IMG/VR virus record: IMGVR_UViG_3300002220_000771 | Length of the DNA stretch: 64,000 bases | From: an uncultured virus (IMG/VR IMGVR_UViG_3300002220_000771) | Taxonomy: Duplodnaviria; Heunggongvirae; Uroviricota; Caudoviricetes | Direction: 5' to 3' (one strand) | Shown: piece by piece, positions 28,464 to 39,890 of the stretch | Layout: every line of letters begins with the position of its first letter | Position numbering within the stretch: the stretch's first letter is position 1 | The notes under the pieces: generated by a model | What the model was told of the DNA's origin: nothing | The model's database searches: none | What the model saw: the letters and a program-made list of their open reading frames with translations, nothing else | Position numbers and translations under genes: made by a program

Positions 28464-30307
28464 TACTGTAGTAGTTCCATCAATTCATCATAAGAAATAA
28501 TTTTTGTTCCATATTTAGAAGCCTTTTCTAATTTTCCAGAACCACTATTTGGATCTTCACATACTAAATAATCAGTTGTTTTACTTACAGTTCCTACATT
28601 ACCGCCCTGTTCTTGAATCATTTTAATTAATTCATTACGTTTCATTGGTCCCTTTCCAGTCAATGCTATTGATTTTCCCGATAATGTTCCCATTTCTCTC
28701 TCCTCAAATTTTAATCCTTTAGAAAGTAAAAAGTTATATAAGTTTTCGTATTTTCCAATACCGTTTAAAAATTTTTCAGTTGTTTTTGGACCTACAACAT
28801 TTCTTAAATCAGTTAATTTAAACAACTCTCCGAAATCACTTACCAATCCTATGATTTGAGTACTTACTGTTTCACCAATACCATCAATAGAAAATGCTGC
28901 TAAAAGTTTAATAGGTGTTGTATTTAATGTTTTTTGAATTTCATATACAATTTGTTCAGCTTTTTTTATTCCAAAGCCATCAATTTCCGAAATTATCAAT
29001 TCGTCTAATTCATATGCTTCTTCAATACTACTAATACCCAAATTTTTTATGGTGGTTTCTGTAATATATTCAGAACCTAATTTTTTGAAAAAATATGCTG
29101 TTCTTTTTATGTTAGAATCAATACAATCATTAGGATTTGCACATACAAGATCAACACCCTTCCACATTACCTTTCCTTCACAAGATGGGCATAGAGTAAT
29201 ATTATGAGGAATTGTAGATGGTGTAAAAATTTCTGTAATATAAGGAATAACATCTCCAGCTTTTACTAAACCTATAACAGCCCCTGTATTAATATCATTA
29301 TCTAAAATAAATTCGGCATTAAATCCTGTTGTTCTTGATATTGTAGAACCAGAAATATCTGTTGGTTCTATAAGAACAGTTGGTATCAATTTACCACCTT
29401 TACTCACGTTCCATTCAACTCCGGTAACAGTTACCGGAACTGCTTCTTCATTAACTTTATATGCTATTTTATTAGATGGTATCATAACATCCTGACGTTC
29501 AGAATTGTTTATAGTTAATACGAAACCATCAATATCATACTCGCCAGTTTCTTTTATACTTCTCATCATTTTATTCATAAGAGTAATTAATAATTTTGGA
29601 TTTTCTACGGTAATATAATAAGGTGTTTGTAATTTTAATGTAGATCTAATATATTCATGTCTTGAATTTTCATTATTTAATGAGACTGGAGCTTCTAATA
29701 TTTCATAAAAAATTACTTTTATTTTCTTCACATCTTCTTGATTAAAATCTTCTCTATTTAATAACCCTGCAACGCCGTTACGGCGATTTTTCATACCAAG
29801 TTCTTTATGAGAATTACCTGTTAATAATGCTTCTCCTCTTAATATTACTGTTTCTTTTATTGGAATATCGGGAATAAAATGTTTAGCTTTTTCTGTAATA
29901 TTTTGACCTACTTTACCATCCCCTCTTGTAGTGGCAAATTCAATTTCACCATCTTTCCATTTTACAAGAATGGATGCACCATCTAATTTTTCTGTTGCAT
30001 ATACGTCATTTCCATTCTTTATTATCCATTCTTCAACTTTATCAGGACCTACTTTATCAAGAGAACCCATAATATATGGTAATACTATTTTTTTTGCGAA
30101 TACTGGACTACCTACATTTTTGAAATATTTATGATTAGGAAAGTGTTTTTTTAGAGTGGATTTTATTATATCATATTCAGTATCAGATACAATTCTTTTA
30201 CCTATTCCATGATATGCTGTATCATATGATTCTAAATATTCAAATAATATTTCAAGTTCTTTTTTTAATCCTCTATCTAAAATGTTTTTTATTTTATTAT
30301 ATTCCAT
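28463..30307 (-). CDS. ligA: NAD-dependent DNA ligase
   Basis: EKLDGAS, TRGDG, DIDG.V, IAYK, AGDVIP and C-terminal BRCT. Confidence 0.95.
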   Translation of the reverse strand: MEYNKIKNILDRGLKKELEILFEYLESYDTAYHGIGKRIVSDTEYDIIKSTLKKHFPNHKYFKNVGSPVFAKKIVLPYIMGSLDKVGPDKVEEWIIKNGNDVYATEKLDGASILVKWKDGEIEFATTRGDGKVGQNITEKAKHFIPDIPIKETVILRGEALLTGNSHKELGMKNRRNGVAGLLNREDFNQEDVKKIKVIFYEILEAPVSLNNENSRHEYIRSTLKLQTPYYITVENPKLLITLMNKMMRSIKETGEYDIDGFVLTINNSERQDVMIPSNKIAYKVNEEAVPVTVTGVEWNVSKGGKLIPTVLIEPTDISGSTISRTTGFNAEFILDNDINTGAVIGLVKAGDVIPYITEIFTPSTIPHNITLCPSCEGKVMWKGVDLVCANPNDCIDSNIKRTAYFFKKLGSEYITETTIKNLGISSIEEAYELDELIISEIDGFGIKKAEQIVYEIQKTLNTTPIKLLAAFSIDGIGETVSTQIIGLVSDFGELFKLTDLRNVVGPKTTEKFLNGIGKYENLYNFLLSKGLKFEEREMGTLSGKSIALTGKGPMKRNELIKMIQEQGGNVGTVSKTTDYLVCEDPNSGSGKLEKASKYGTKIISYDELMELLQ

Positions 30308-30417
30308 AAAGTTTTCCCCTCATTATTTTTGATACTATATCATAAAATAATTTATTTGTCAATATATTTTAAGCAAAAAAATACTATATTCTCTTTTTAA
30401 ATATAGTATTTTTTATT

Positions 30418-30618
30418 TTATTCTTTAGTAAGTGTAGCAATCATAATTTCACCAATATTTCTTTTATAAAGTTTTGATAATTCAGATATCATCTTAACAT
30501 TTAAAATAAGATCACCATTTTCTATCATTTTTACTTTTTCTTCAGAAATATTTAGATGATTTGCAACATCTTCCAATGAAAAATTTGCTAATTCTCTTAA
30601 TTCTCTTAATGTTTTCAT
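30418..30618 (-). CDS. XRE-family HTH protein
   Basis: LRELRE..S.EDVA..L.IS......IENG. Confidence 0.85.
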   Translation of the reverse strand: MKTLRELRELANFSLEDVANHLNISEEKVKMIENGDLILNVKMISELSKLYKRNIGEIMIATLTKE

Positions 30619-30696
30619 TTTATCTTTCTTTTAAAGTGGAACATGGGAATAGAATGGGAATTCCCATGTTCCAGAAAACAAACAACACATATTTGT

Positions 30697-31014
30697 TTAC
30701 ACATCATTCTCCGCATCATCTGCATCATCCACTTCAGATGTATCATTAAAGTATTCTTTGAGTGTTGCCGATGGTTTAAATTTAGGAACTACCTTTGCTG
30801 GAACGTCAACTGGTTCTCCTGTTTTCGGATTACGTGCAGTTCTTGCATCTCTATTTACAAGAACAAACGAACCAAATCCTGCTAATGTTACCTTACCATC
30901 ATTTGCGAGTCCTTCAATAACACCGGTTATAACCGCATCAACCATCTGTTTTGCTTCCCTTTTTGTAACACTTGAAAATTCTGCCAAAAAATTTACTAAT
31001 TCTGCCTTATTCAT
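30697..31014 (-). CDS. hup: HU/IHF DNA-binding protein with acidic tail
   Basis: MNKAELV..GFGSF..R.ARNPKTGE..PKFKP. Confidence 0.95.
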   Translation of the reverse strand: MNKAELVNFLAEFSSVTKREAKQMVDAVITGVIEGLANDGKVTLAGFGSFVLVNRDARTARNPKTGEPVDVPAKVVPKFKPSATLKEYFNDTSEVDDADDAENDV

Positions 31015-31077
31015 AACAAATTTCCTCCACTTTTTAATTTAATTATATACCCTCTGTTTTAATTTGTAAACAGATTT

Positions 31078-31341
31078 TTATTCATCATTAACATTATTAT
31101 CAAGATTAGTTTCTGCCATTAGGGTAACGGCTTCAGTAATGACATTTTGTAACCAAATCATTTCGTCTAAATTAAGTCTCCCTGCTTTCATGACAGATAT
31201 TTCACCATTTTTCTTTATATATGAACGAGGACCAACTTGAAACTTTTTTTCTCCTTCATTATATTGATAAAGTCCAGCTTGTAAGCCATTCTTATTATCC
31301 CATGATTTTAATATAATATCTTTTGTTGCATCATATGCCAT
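31078..31341 (-). CDS. PC4/YdbC-like small protein
   Basis: YQYNEGEKKFQVGPR..KAGRL pattern. Confidence 0.45.
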   Translation of the reverse strand: MAYDATKDIILKSWDNKNGLQAGLYQYNEGEKKFQVGPRSYIKKNGEISVMKAGRLNLDEMIWLQNVITEAVTLMAETNLDNNVNDE

Positions 31342-31390
31342 AATATTTTCCCCTCTTTTTCTTTTACTATAACATCTATTATTTTATTTG

Positions 31391-32320
31391 TCAAGTAAAA
31401 AGTTTCTTTCTAAAATAAAAAATTGTTTTTGATAATCCTTCTACTAAAGAAGTAGTCGGCTCCCAATTCAATAATTTTATTGCCTTTTCTATATTTGGTT
31501 TTCTTCTAATAGGATCGTCTTTTGGTAAAGATTTATGTATTATAGTTGATTTACTTTTAGTCAATCTAATAATAACTGATACTAATTCAAGCATAGTAAA
31601 TTCAACATCATTACCAATATTAATAGGCCCTATTATTTCATTATTCATCATTTTAATTAAACCATCTATCATATCATCTACATAACAAAAACATCTTGTT
31701 TGTAATCCTGTACCATATATAGTAATAGGTTCATTCTTTAATGCTTGAATTATAAAATTGCTCACAACCCTTCCATCATCAAATGCCATATTTGGACCAT
31801 AAGTGTTGAATATTCTTGCAATTCTTATATCAACATTATTTTGTCTGTGATAATCCATCGTCAACGACTCAGCAATTCTTTTACCCTCATCATAACAAGA
31901 TCTGATACCTATAGGATTTACGTTTCCCCAGTATTCTTCTACCTGTGGATGTTCTAATGGATCACCATATACTTCAGATGTCGATGCTAATAAAACTTTA
32001 GCTTTTACTCTTTTTGCAATACCTAAAGCATTGAGTGTACCAATAACATTAGTCTTTATTGTTTTGATAGAATTATATTGATAATGAATAGGTGATGCGG
32101 GGCACGCCAGATGATATATTTCATCTACCTCTAAATATATCGGATTGATAATATCATGCCTTATCAATTCAAAATTTTTGTTATCCATAAATTCGATAAT
32201 ATTTTCTTTATTACCTGTAAAGAAATTATCTAAACAAATTATATAATTATCATCTATAAGACTTTTACATAGGTGTGAGCCTAAAAATCCAGCACCCCCA
32301 GTAATCAAAATTGTTTTCAT
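31391..32320 (-). CDS. UDP-glucuronate decarboxylase (UDP-xylose synthase family SDR)
   Basis: [39 protein letters not shown]. Confidence 0.95.
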   Translation of the reverse strand: MKTILITGGAGFLGSHLCKSLIDDNYIICLDNFFTGNKENIIEFMDNKNFELIRHDIINPIYLEVDEIYHLACPASPIHYQYNSIKTIKTNVIGTLNALGIAKRVKAKVLLASTSEVYGDPLEHPQVEEYWGNVNPIGIRSCYDEGKRIAESLTMDYHRQNNVDIRIARIFNTYGPNMAFDDGRVVSNFIIQALKNEPITIYGTGLQTRCFCYVDDMIDGLIKMMNNEIIGPINIGNDVEFTMLELVSVIIRLTKSKSTIIHKSLPKDDPIRRKPNIEKAIKLLNWEPTTSLVEGLSKTIFYFRKKLFT

Positions 32321-32330
32321 TCCTTTTCCT

Positions 32331-33173
32331 TTAACAGAAATTAAACCCCAATTCTAATTTTGTTTTTCTTTTATTTTCCTCATTAAAATCAATTCCTAAT
32401 TTGTCAAAAACATAACCATATCTAATAGGTTTATCAAGGGTTTTAAAAAACTGTTCATTTACATTATAATATTCTGCAAATTTATAAACATTTTGAAAAA
32501 TATTACCTTTATGATCAAATACTGGATTTATCACCCTTAATGGTTGTTTTCTATTTTTAAACACTTCCTTTAATTTTATTATATGCTCTAATGTTTTTTT
32601 CTTACCCTTTAACGCTTTAGATATTTTTAATCCAAACCCAATAGGTTTTGGTTTTCGCATTTTCTTTTTTGTTTCATCTGATACAATATTTTCTGTATGT
32701 GATAAAATGACAGCATTTCTATATTTCTTATCATTTTCCCAACGATCTTTTAAATACTGACTATGTTCTTTTTTTCTTTCATCAGACCATTTCTTTTTAC
32801 TTAATTGTTTCCTTCTAAATTCATCATTTTTCCAATTATTTTTTGATCTTAATGACATTTCTAATAATACTTGTTGACTAAAAAGACCAAATCCTTTTCT
32901 ATTATAGAATGAAACCCTATTTAATATTTTTGGATTAGAAAAATTATCATTTATTATTTGTTGTTCTGTATTATATGCTTCGGTTTTATTGAAGCTTTCA
33001 AATAATATTAGACCAATATATTTTTCATTATTTTTTATTTTTTTCTTTACTACCTTAGAAGATGTAAAGTATTTTATTAAAAAATCATCCGATATTTTTT
33101 TCTTTGTTCCTCTATATCCAATATAGAAATAACCATCATCAAAAATTATTTTATACACATACCAATTTTTCAT
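32331..33173 (-). CDS. GIY-YIG (Seg-like) homing endonuclease
   Basis: YVYKI..YIGY..YFTSS..E..LN; basic NUMOD-like repeats. Confidence 0.85.
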   Translation of the reverse strand: MKNWYVYKIIFDDGYFYIGYRGTKKKISDDFLIKYFTSSKVVKKKIKNNEKYIGLILFESFNKTEAYNTEQQIINDNFSNPKILNRVSFYNRKGFGLFSQQVLLEMSLRSKNNWKNDEFRRKQLSKKKWSDERKKEHSQYLKDRWENDKKYRNAVILSHTENIVSDETKKKMRKPKPIGFGLKISKALKGKKKTLEHIIKLKEVFKNRKQPLRVINPVFDHKGNIFQNVYKFAEYYNVNEQFFKTLDKPIRYGYVFDKLGIDFNEENKRKTKLELGFNFC

Positions 33174-33231
33174 ATCTACTCCTAAAACTCTTTGATATAT
33201 GTATTTATAATAATAATTTTTTAATCAAAGA

Positions 33232-33960
33232 TTATGATGATTCCCTTAACAGGTATACATTATTAATAACCTTAAAACTCATTCTACCATTAATTGTTTC
33301 ACTATATTTTTCTATTACAGGTCTAATAACAATTCCTTCTCTATGATTTTTTGTATTGTGATATTTTCCTTTAGCCATTTCTAATAATTCATCAATAGAA
33401 TGATTAAATTCAAATACATCAATAATAGGAACCAGTTTCATTCCTGTAGCATCTCTAAACATTTTTAATTCTTCAAAATTAGCATATTCTTTTTTGTTAA
33501 TATCATAAATATTGAATATATACATATCAACTTCTTTTAGTCCAAGCTTGTTTCCTTGAATACCGGGACCAACAATTTCACCTTGAATAGCAATATTACC
33601 GATTTGTTCTAATTTATTTTTTATATCATATTTTTCAGATATTTTAATATAAATGTTATCAGCATTATCATCAATTAATTTCATAGATAAATTTCTACTG
33701 CAAACATGATAATCACTATTAGCATTTATAAATGTTGCACTCGTTCCATCAAGTTTAACAGTAGAATAAACTATTTCACCCTTTAATTCATTAATGACTT
33801 CTGGAACATTTTGTATTCTTATTTCATCTGTTTTTGGAACAAGATTAGATGGGAAAGTACCTCTAACTTTACCTGATAATTGTACTGGAACAGGTTTTTC
33901 ATAATGTCGTATATTTAACAATTCGCTTAAATCTAATCCAATATCAAGATGTATAATCAT
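33232..33960 (-). CDS. RNA ligase (DRB0094/Rnl2-like), catalytic C-terminal fragment
   Basis: PKTDE.RIQN, KLDGTS, SRN, QGEIVGPGIQGN, REGIV, SFKVI. Confidence 0.9.
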   Translation of the reverse strand: MIIHLDIGLDLSELLNIRHYEKPVPVQLSGKVRGTFPSNLVPKTDEIRIQNVPEVINELKGEIVYSTVKLDGTSATFINANSDYHVCSRNLSMKLIDDNADNIYIKISEKYDIKNKLEQIGNIAIQGEIVGPGIQGNKLGLKEVDMYIFNIYDINKKEYANFEELKMFRDATGMKLVPIIDVFEFNHSIDELLEMAKGKYHNTKNHREGIVIRPVIEKYSETINGRMSFKVINNVYLLRESS

Positions 33961-34924
33961 AAAAATTCTCCAATATTTTTTGTTTTCTTTTTATATAAAT
34001 TGTTGCATCATTATACATAAAATTATATAATTTTTCTATTTCAGATTTTTTACCATATTTTAAATGAAACATTTTTTTTGTTGATATATCTTGATATAAT
34101 TTATTTGATTTTATGTCTAAGTACTTATCAATCATATCAGTTAAAAATGTTAAAAAATCAAATGTTCCAATAAATGCCATTCTAATATATCCTGTTTTTA
34201 CAAGAAAAACGGCCCCATCACCATCAAAAAATCCTCTTAAAAAATGCCTAAATGTATCTCTTGTAAATAAAACATTAGGCCCCATACATATTAAAGATTT
34301 TTTTGGTACAATACCTATCTCATTTAATCTTTTAGTAATATGATGGTCACATATTACTAAACTATATTGATTTTTATATGTTTCTTTTTCATTACGTTCA
34401 ATAAAATACAATGGTCTTTCATTTAAAAATAAAGATTTTGAAAATATTTCTAATATATCTTTATCATCTTCATTTAATGTAATTTTTATATTATGTCCTG
34501 TATTACAACCATCAGCAAATAATAATCCCAAAAAATATGCTGATATTTCATTATCAATATTATCAAAAAACTCTTCTCTAATTTTATATTTTTTAGTTTC
34601 TATACTATTACTTCTAATACAAATATTATTATAACGAAGTATTTTTATAATTTGACTTCTACTTAAATTAAAAATATGTATTAATTCGGTAATTGTTTTT
34701 ATTTTATATTGTTTTATAATATTTTTTTGTGTTTCTTCATTAACAATATCAATAATCTTATTATTTGTTGTAATATATCTACCAACCACAACACCACAAT
34801 ATTTTAAAATTCTTGATATTGTTATTCTATTGACATTATATATTTTAGATATTTTTGTGGTTGACATATTTTGACATTCATACATATCAATAATATTATC
34901 ATATTGTGATGGATCTATTTTCAT
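33944..34924 (-). CDS. LAGLIDADG homing endonuclease inserted in the RNA ligase gene
   Basis: AYFLGLLFADG and FLRGFFDGDG motifs. Confidence 0.92.
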   Translation of the reverse strand: MKIDPSQYDNIIDMYECQNMSTTKISKIYNVNRITISRILKYCGVVVGRYITTNNKIIDIVNEETQKNIIKQYKIKTITELIHIFNLSRSQIIKILRYNNICIRSNSIETKKYKIREEFFDNIDNEISAYFLGLLFADGCNTGHNIKITLNEDDKDILEIFSKSLFLNERPLYFIERNEKETYKNQYSLVICDHHITKRLNEIGIVPKKSLICMGPNVLFTRDTFRHFLRGFFDGDGAVFLVKTGYIRMAFIGTFDFLTFLTDMIDKYLDIKSNKLYQDISTKKMFHLKYGKKSEIEKLYNFMYNDATIYIKRKQKILENFYDYTS

Positions 34925-34957
34925 TTAAATCATCCTAATGTTTTCTTCCTGTTATAT

Positions 34958-35296
34958 TTATAAAACATCAGGAACATTTATATAAAAATTATTGTCTTTT
35001 TTAAAAATTTTTCCCCCTGTTATTTTTTCTAAAATTGATAGAGGCAATACTAATCCCTGACTGATTTCACCCCTCAGTTTGATAGTTTTTACTTTGAACC
35101 CTCTTGGGCGTAAAAATTCATATTCAGGTAATTCAGGCGTCTGGCTATCAATTTCAACATAAACAACTGTATCACCTATATTGAATTCACCTTTCTTTAC
35201 AACGCATTGCCAGCCTAAGACACCTGCCAGTTCTATAGCATCAGCGTTTTCGATAGGTTTTATCCATTCTATTTTTTGAATAGTTGCTGGTGGCAT
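34958..35296 (-). CDS. RNA ligase (DRB0094-like), N-terminal fragment
   Basis: ATIQKI..IKPIENADAIE..GWQCVVKKGEF..VY.EIDS..KTIKLRGEISQGL. Confidence 0.88.
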   Translation of the reverse strand: MPPATIQKIEWIKPIENADAIELAGVLGWQCVVKKGEFNIGDTVVYVEIDSQTPELPEYEFLRPRGFKVKTIKLRGEISQGLVLPLSILEKITGGKIFKKDNNFYINVPDVL

Positions 35297-38035
35297 AAAA
35301 ACACTCCATATTTTTCTTTTTATAATATCAAATATGGAGTGTTTTGTCAAGATAATTTTTTAATTTTTTTCTTATCATTCTTGAAATATCTTTTTGTCTA
35401 TTTTTTCCTTTATTTTTCTTCATATGTTTTTATTCAAAATCTGTAAATGTAAGCCTGTTACCATTTTCATCAAATAAATTTAAATCATAATTATTATCTT
35501 CATCACTATCTTCATCACTATCTTGATACATATTTTCTTTTAATAAATATTTACTAAAATTCAGTGATATGGATTGCTTTAAAAAATCAACGGCATCTGC
35601 ACCACGATATATAGCATATAATAGTATTATAAGAATATGTGATAATGAATAAATTTCTTTTCTATTTAATCTTTTAGCTTCTGTTAAAAGAATTTTATAA
35701 GTTCTTAATATTTCATTATATGTTTCCTTTTCAAGATCGGACATTTCAATAATATTATTAGCAAATTCATGTTCAAGTTTTGTTAGTATATTTTTTAAAT
35801 CTTTAAATACTCTATCAGTAATCATTATATTTTCTCCTTTTCTGATGCTTTTTTTATTGAAATTTCATATTCTTCCACATCATTTGAATTAAAGCCAATT
35901 TTATTTTTAATAGTTCTATTAATAAGCCATGCCATATCATACATTTCATTTAATAAAGGTTGTCCTTTTGGATGAAAATCAACACAATTAGTTATAGGAT
36001 CAATTTTATTTGGTAAAATTCTTTTTTGATCCCAATCTTCCCTACACCAACCATATTCATTACCATATCTTGTTGAACGTAATCTAAAAAATCTACATTT
36101 TGAACATAAGCCATAATTACTTTTATTAGGCGAACTTATCGTATCTGCTAAAATATTACATTTTGCATCATAAATATCATCCATGTTCATCCTTTCATTG
36201 ATTCCTTTTAAATTTAAATACATATTAATCCACTTTAAGAACATACCATACCCAATCCATTCCTAAATCTTTAGGTTTTTTATCAATATATAATAATGTA
36301 AAATTTCTTATTTTACCATTTTTCATTATTATTATTCCTGATTGGCCTTCTTTTATCGTATCTAATGACGGTATGATTTTATCAGTTTTAATATTTTTAC
36401 TATTTACTCTAACGTAACATGGTATTCTATCTTTTTCAAGACCTTTTTTTATAAACCATCTTTTAATCTTTTCAATAATATTCATATAATATCTCCTAAA
36501 GATGATTTATATTCTTTGAAGAATATCTATTATTTAGAGTTTTTATTCATTATCATCCTCACATTCATCATATCCCATAGGATCTTCATCTAAATAATCT
36601 TCTTCTACAAATATATCAGAACTTAAAAGTTTTTCTAATTTAAGTAGATTATTTCTGTGGAAATATCCTTCTTTAATAAATTCATTTAAAAGTCTTTTTA
36701 ATGAAGTTACTGTTGAATTTGGTAAACATTTTTTTGCTTCTTTTGGTATACCAGATAATTTCATATCTGTTATGAAATATATTGCATGATTTGTGTTTGC
36801 TATTTTAGGTTCTTTATTATTTTTTTTCCCACCAGATAAGCAAATAGTTTTGGTATAATTTCCAGAATATACTAACCATTTAAATCCTTTTTGCTTATCT
36901 TCTGTAATTGTTGAAAATATAAGTTTATTACCATTCTCAAATTCAATATAAGGAACACCCGTTATTGAATAGCATAATTTCATTTTGGTTTAAGCCTCTC
37001 TAATCTTTAAGATATTGGATAGGGTATCTTCATATATTATTTCATATTTTTTTCCAACTATTAGTTTTTTATGATAAATAAAGTGTATTCTCCCCTTATC
37101 ACAATTTTTAGTTTCAAAAATTACATCACCAACAATATAATAGTTTCTATCACCGTCTAAACTGTTAGTAATTTCATTTATTTCAACTAAGATAGTGTCT
37201 TTCATTTATATTCTCATTATTTTATTATTTTTATCAAGGTAAGCTATTTCCTTTTCCCAAATTCTTGATGACCAAGATTTTGTCTGGTTGATAAATTTTC
37301 CAATAGGAACTTTTAGATTTAATGGAACATGACCGTCTTCTATATGATTATGTTCCATTAAATCTGTTTCTAAATTTAAACGCTTCCAAATAGTTATTTT
37401 TTTCATTTTCATTTATATATCCTTTTAAGAAGTAATTTTTATATTTGTAAAATTTCATTTATTTCCTTTTTAGCCCTATGACTATCAATTTTATTTAAAA
37501 GAATTTGATAATGTTCTTTATTTTCAGCACCAACATGCCATTCATTAATCTCATTCGGATCAGTTACATCATAATTTTTCCAATCATAAATACTAATACA
37601 ACTTAGATTATCATCAATGTTTAATTCCCATTCCCATCTAACTTTATTATCAGCAGATGGTGTATCATATGTTGGTTTACCGAACATACTAACTAAGTCC
37701 TCATATGTTATATGTAAGTATCCTACTAAATGTCCCATATTCTTCTCCTTTTATTCACCATCGTCTTTGTATAGAATGATGGAATCATTATCTATCAAAA
37801 CGGGGCCAAATTCTTTTATCAAATACTGTAAATCTTCTAATGTCTCAATCGTATAATTTATATCCGACTCTTCTACTACAGAAAATATTGAATGCCTATA
37901 TATTTTATGAGAGAAAGTAAAACCCAACTTTTCTAATTTCTCTATTTTTTTACTATCTGTGTAAACATGAATATCTGTAAATAATTTATATACCATTTCA
38001 TTTTACCTTTTTGTTTTAATATACCATAAATTGTA

Positions 38036-38452
38036 TTATTTGTCAAAGTTTATTTTTTCAATATTACCGGCTGGCCAAATTATTATTATAGGTTTTTTTA
38101 TTTTTCTTGCATATCTTAATGCATGCCAAGTTCCACTTCTGATTACTTCGTATTCTTTACATGGTATTCCTATAACAATATCAGAATTATTAATAATGTC
38201 ACAATTTCGTATTTTATATTCTTTTTCTGATAAAAGTTTATTAGCTTTACAAAAAGCTCTATATTTAGGATTGATGGGTGGATGAATTATAATATCACAA
38301 TATCCACTAACTATATTATGAGCATCCATATCTGCCCCAATACAGTCTCCATGATGAAATTCTGCAACATTTAAAGAATATATTATTTCTTTAAATGTTG
38401 CAGCTTGTGCTTCAGTCATACCTTGTCGTGTTCCAGTAAATCCTATTTTCAT
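38036..38452 (-). CDS. SLOG/DprA-like nucleotide-binding protein
   Basis: IGFTGTR, HHGDCIGAD, RN..I, SGTW...RYA. Confidence 0.75.
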   Translation of the reverse strand: MKIGFTGTRQGMTEAQAATFKEIIYSLNVAEFHHGDCIGADMDAHNIVSGYCDIIIHPPINPKYRAFCKANKLLSEKEYKIRNCDIINNSDIVIGIPCKEYEVIRSGTWHALRYARKIKKPIIIIWPAGNIEKINFDK

Positions 38453-38696
38453 AATCTTAAAATATTATCAATTTCTTCTTTAAATGGTGATATTTTCATA
38501 AAAGACATAGCATAAAACATAACATCGGCAAGTTCATAAGCTTCAGTATAACTTAAATTTAATCTTTCCTTTATAGATCTTGCAAACATAATATGATTAT
38601 TATTTTTTAAATATTCATGTTCATATGATGTTAGTGATTCTATCAAACTAGGAATAATTATTTTCATAATATTATATAAATTATTTTAATAAGAAA

Positions 38697-39005
38697 AATA
38701 AAAGGGTGTGGGATATAACATCACACACCCCAAATAATGGGTTCTAATGTATTTCAACATTAGACAGGCTCAGAAAAATGAATTAAGAGATTGGTGTGTC
38801 TCTCATTTCTTCAACGCCCCACAATAAAATCTAATTTCACAGTCACCACACTGGATTTCAATATTATTGAGGTATCAGAAAGGTATTATCTGATATACCC
38901 ATATAAGAAAATTAGGATTTATTGCAGGATGCCTGTCTTATCACCCAATTTTCTAAATCAGTTCCGGCCCATCTTTTTGGGAACTTACAGATATTCCTGA
39001 TTTCT
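38697..39005 (-). ncRNA. Candidate pseudoknotted ncRNA (about 310 nt)
   Basis: TTGACT-17-TATAAT promoter; multiple stems; 8-bp loop pairing; terminator 38704-38730. Confidence 0.65.
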
Positions 39006-39175
39006 AAAAGAATTATAACATATAATAAATTAAAAGTCAAGAATTTTTTATATAATAAAGGCATCCTTTTACTATTGTTTCATTTTACAACCGGATGCCT
39101 TTGGTGACGGCTCTTTTATTAGACCGAGCCACCCTATATTTATTTATAAAAAATAATATATTATAAATTATTTTA

Positions 39176-39526
39176 TTAATATCCACCATCACCATACAGT
39201 ACTTTTATATTTTCTTTAAAATCAGACTGTATTATTCCTCTTTCACACAACATTCTATTTATAGAATCATCGTCATCAGTTGAAACATCTATAATATAAA
39301 TAATACCACCATTTTCAATATATTTTAAACTTTCAAGGACAATTTCTTCATCATACCAATCATCAAAATATTTTTTTGCTTCCTCAATATTTCTTAAAAT
39401 ATTTGAAACATATGGATATAAATCAATTTCTAGTGTCATGGTCAATTTTTGATTACCAATTCTTGAATCACCTATAATGAATGATGTACTTGAACTATTA
39501 GTAATAAAATCACTTTTTATTTTCAT
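39176..39526 (-). CDS. MKxRxDFVTNSSSxS-family acidic protein
   Basis: MKIKSDFITNSSSTS N-terminus. Confidence 0.85.
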   Translation of the reverse strand: MKIKSDFITNSSSTSFIIGDSRIGNQKLTMTLEIDLYPYVSNILRNIEEAKKYFDDWYDEEIVLESLKYIENGGIIYIIDVSTDDDDSINRMLCERGIIQSDFKENIKVLYGDGGY

Positions 39527-39547
39527 TATTTTATTCCTTTTTATAAA

Positions 39548-39889
39548 TTATCCATCATAATATTCACCATATTCTAAATTAATTTCATTATACGTAACAT
39601 CAATACCAATTTTTTTCAACTGTTCTGCGGTATACATTTTAAATTCTTTAAGTGTTTGATTTTCTTTCATTTTATCAGGAGAAACGCCGACTATAATAGA
39701 ATCATCAAGATCCATTACTTCTATTTCTTTATCTAATTCATATATAAAATCAGTTATATAAAAATCATCATCTTCTTCATTAAGATTTACTCTTAACATT
39801 TCTTTTAATTCATCTTTATCAAAACATTTACCATACATACAATAACTTGTACTACTTGAATTTGTTACAAAATCACATTTAATTTTCAT
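39548..39889 (-). CDS. MKxRxDFVTNSSSxS-family acidic protein
   Basis: MKIKCDFVTNSSSTS N-terminus. Confidence 0.85.
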   Translation of the reverse strand: MKIKCDFVTNSSSTSYCMYGKCFDKDELKEMLRVNLNEEDDDFYITDFIYELDKEIEVMDLDDSIIVGVSPDKMKENQTLKEFKMYTAEQLKKIGIDVTYNEINLEYGEYYDG

Positions 39890-39890
39890 T

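Noticed and set aside
33944..34957. Group I intron or intein in the RNA ligase
   Set aside because: Only 33 nt of noncoding sequence, and no Cys/Ser start or HN-type intein ends.
38697..39005. tmRNA
   Set aside because: Lacks the Ala acceptor-like ends and T-arm/CCA.
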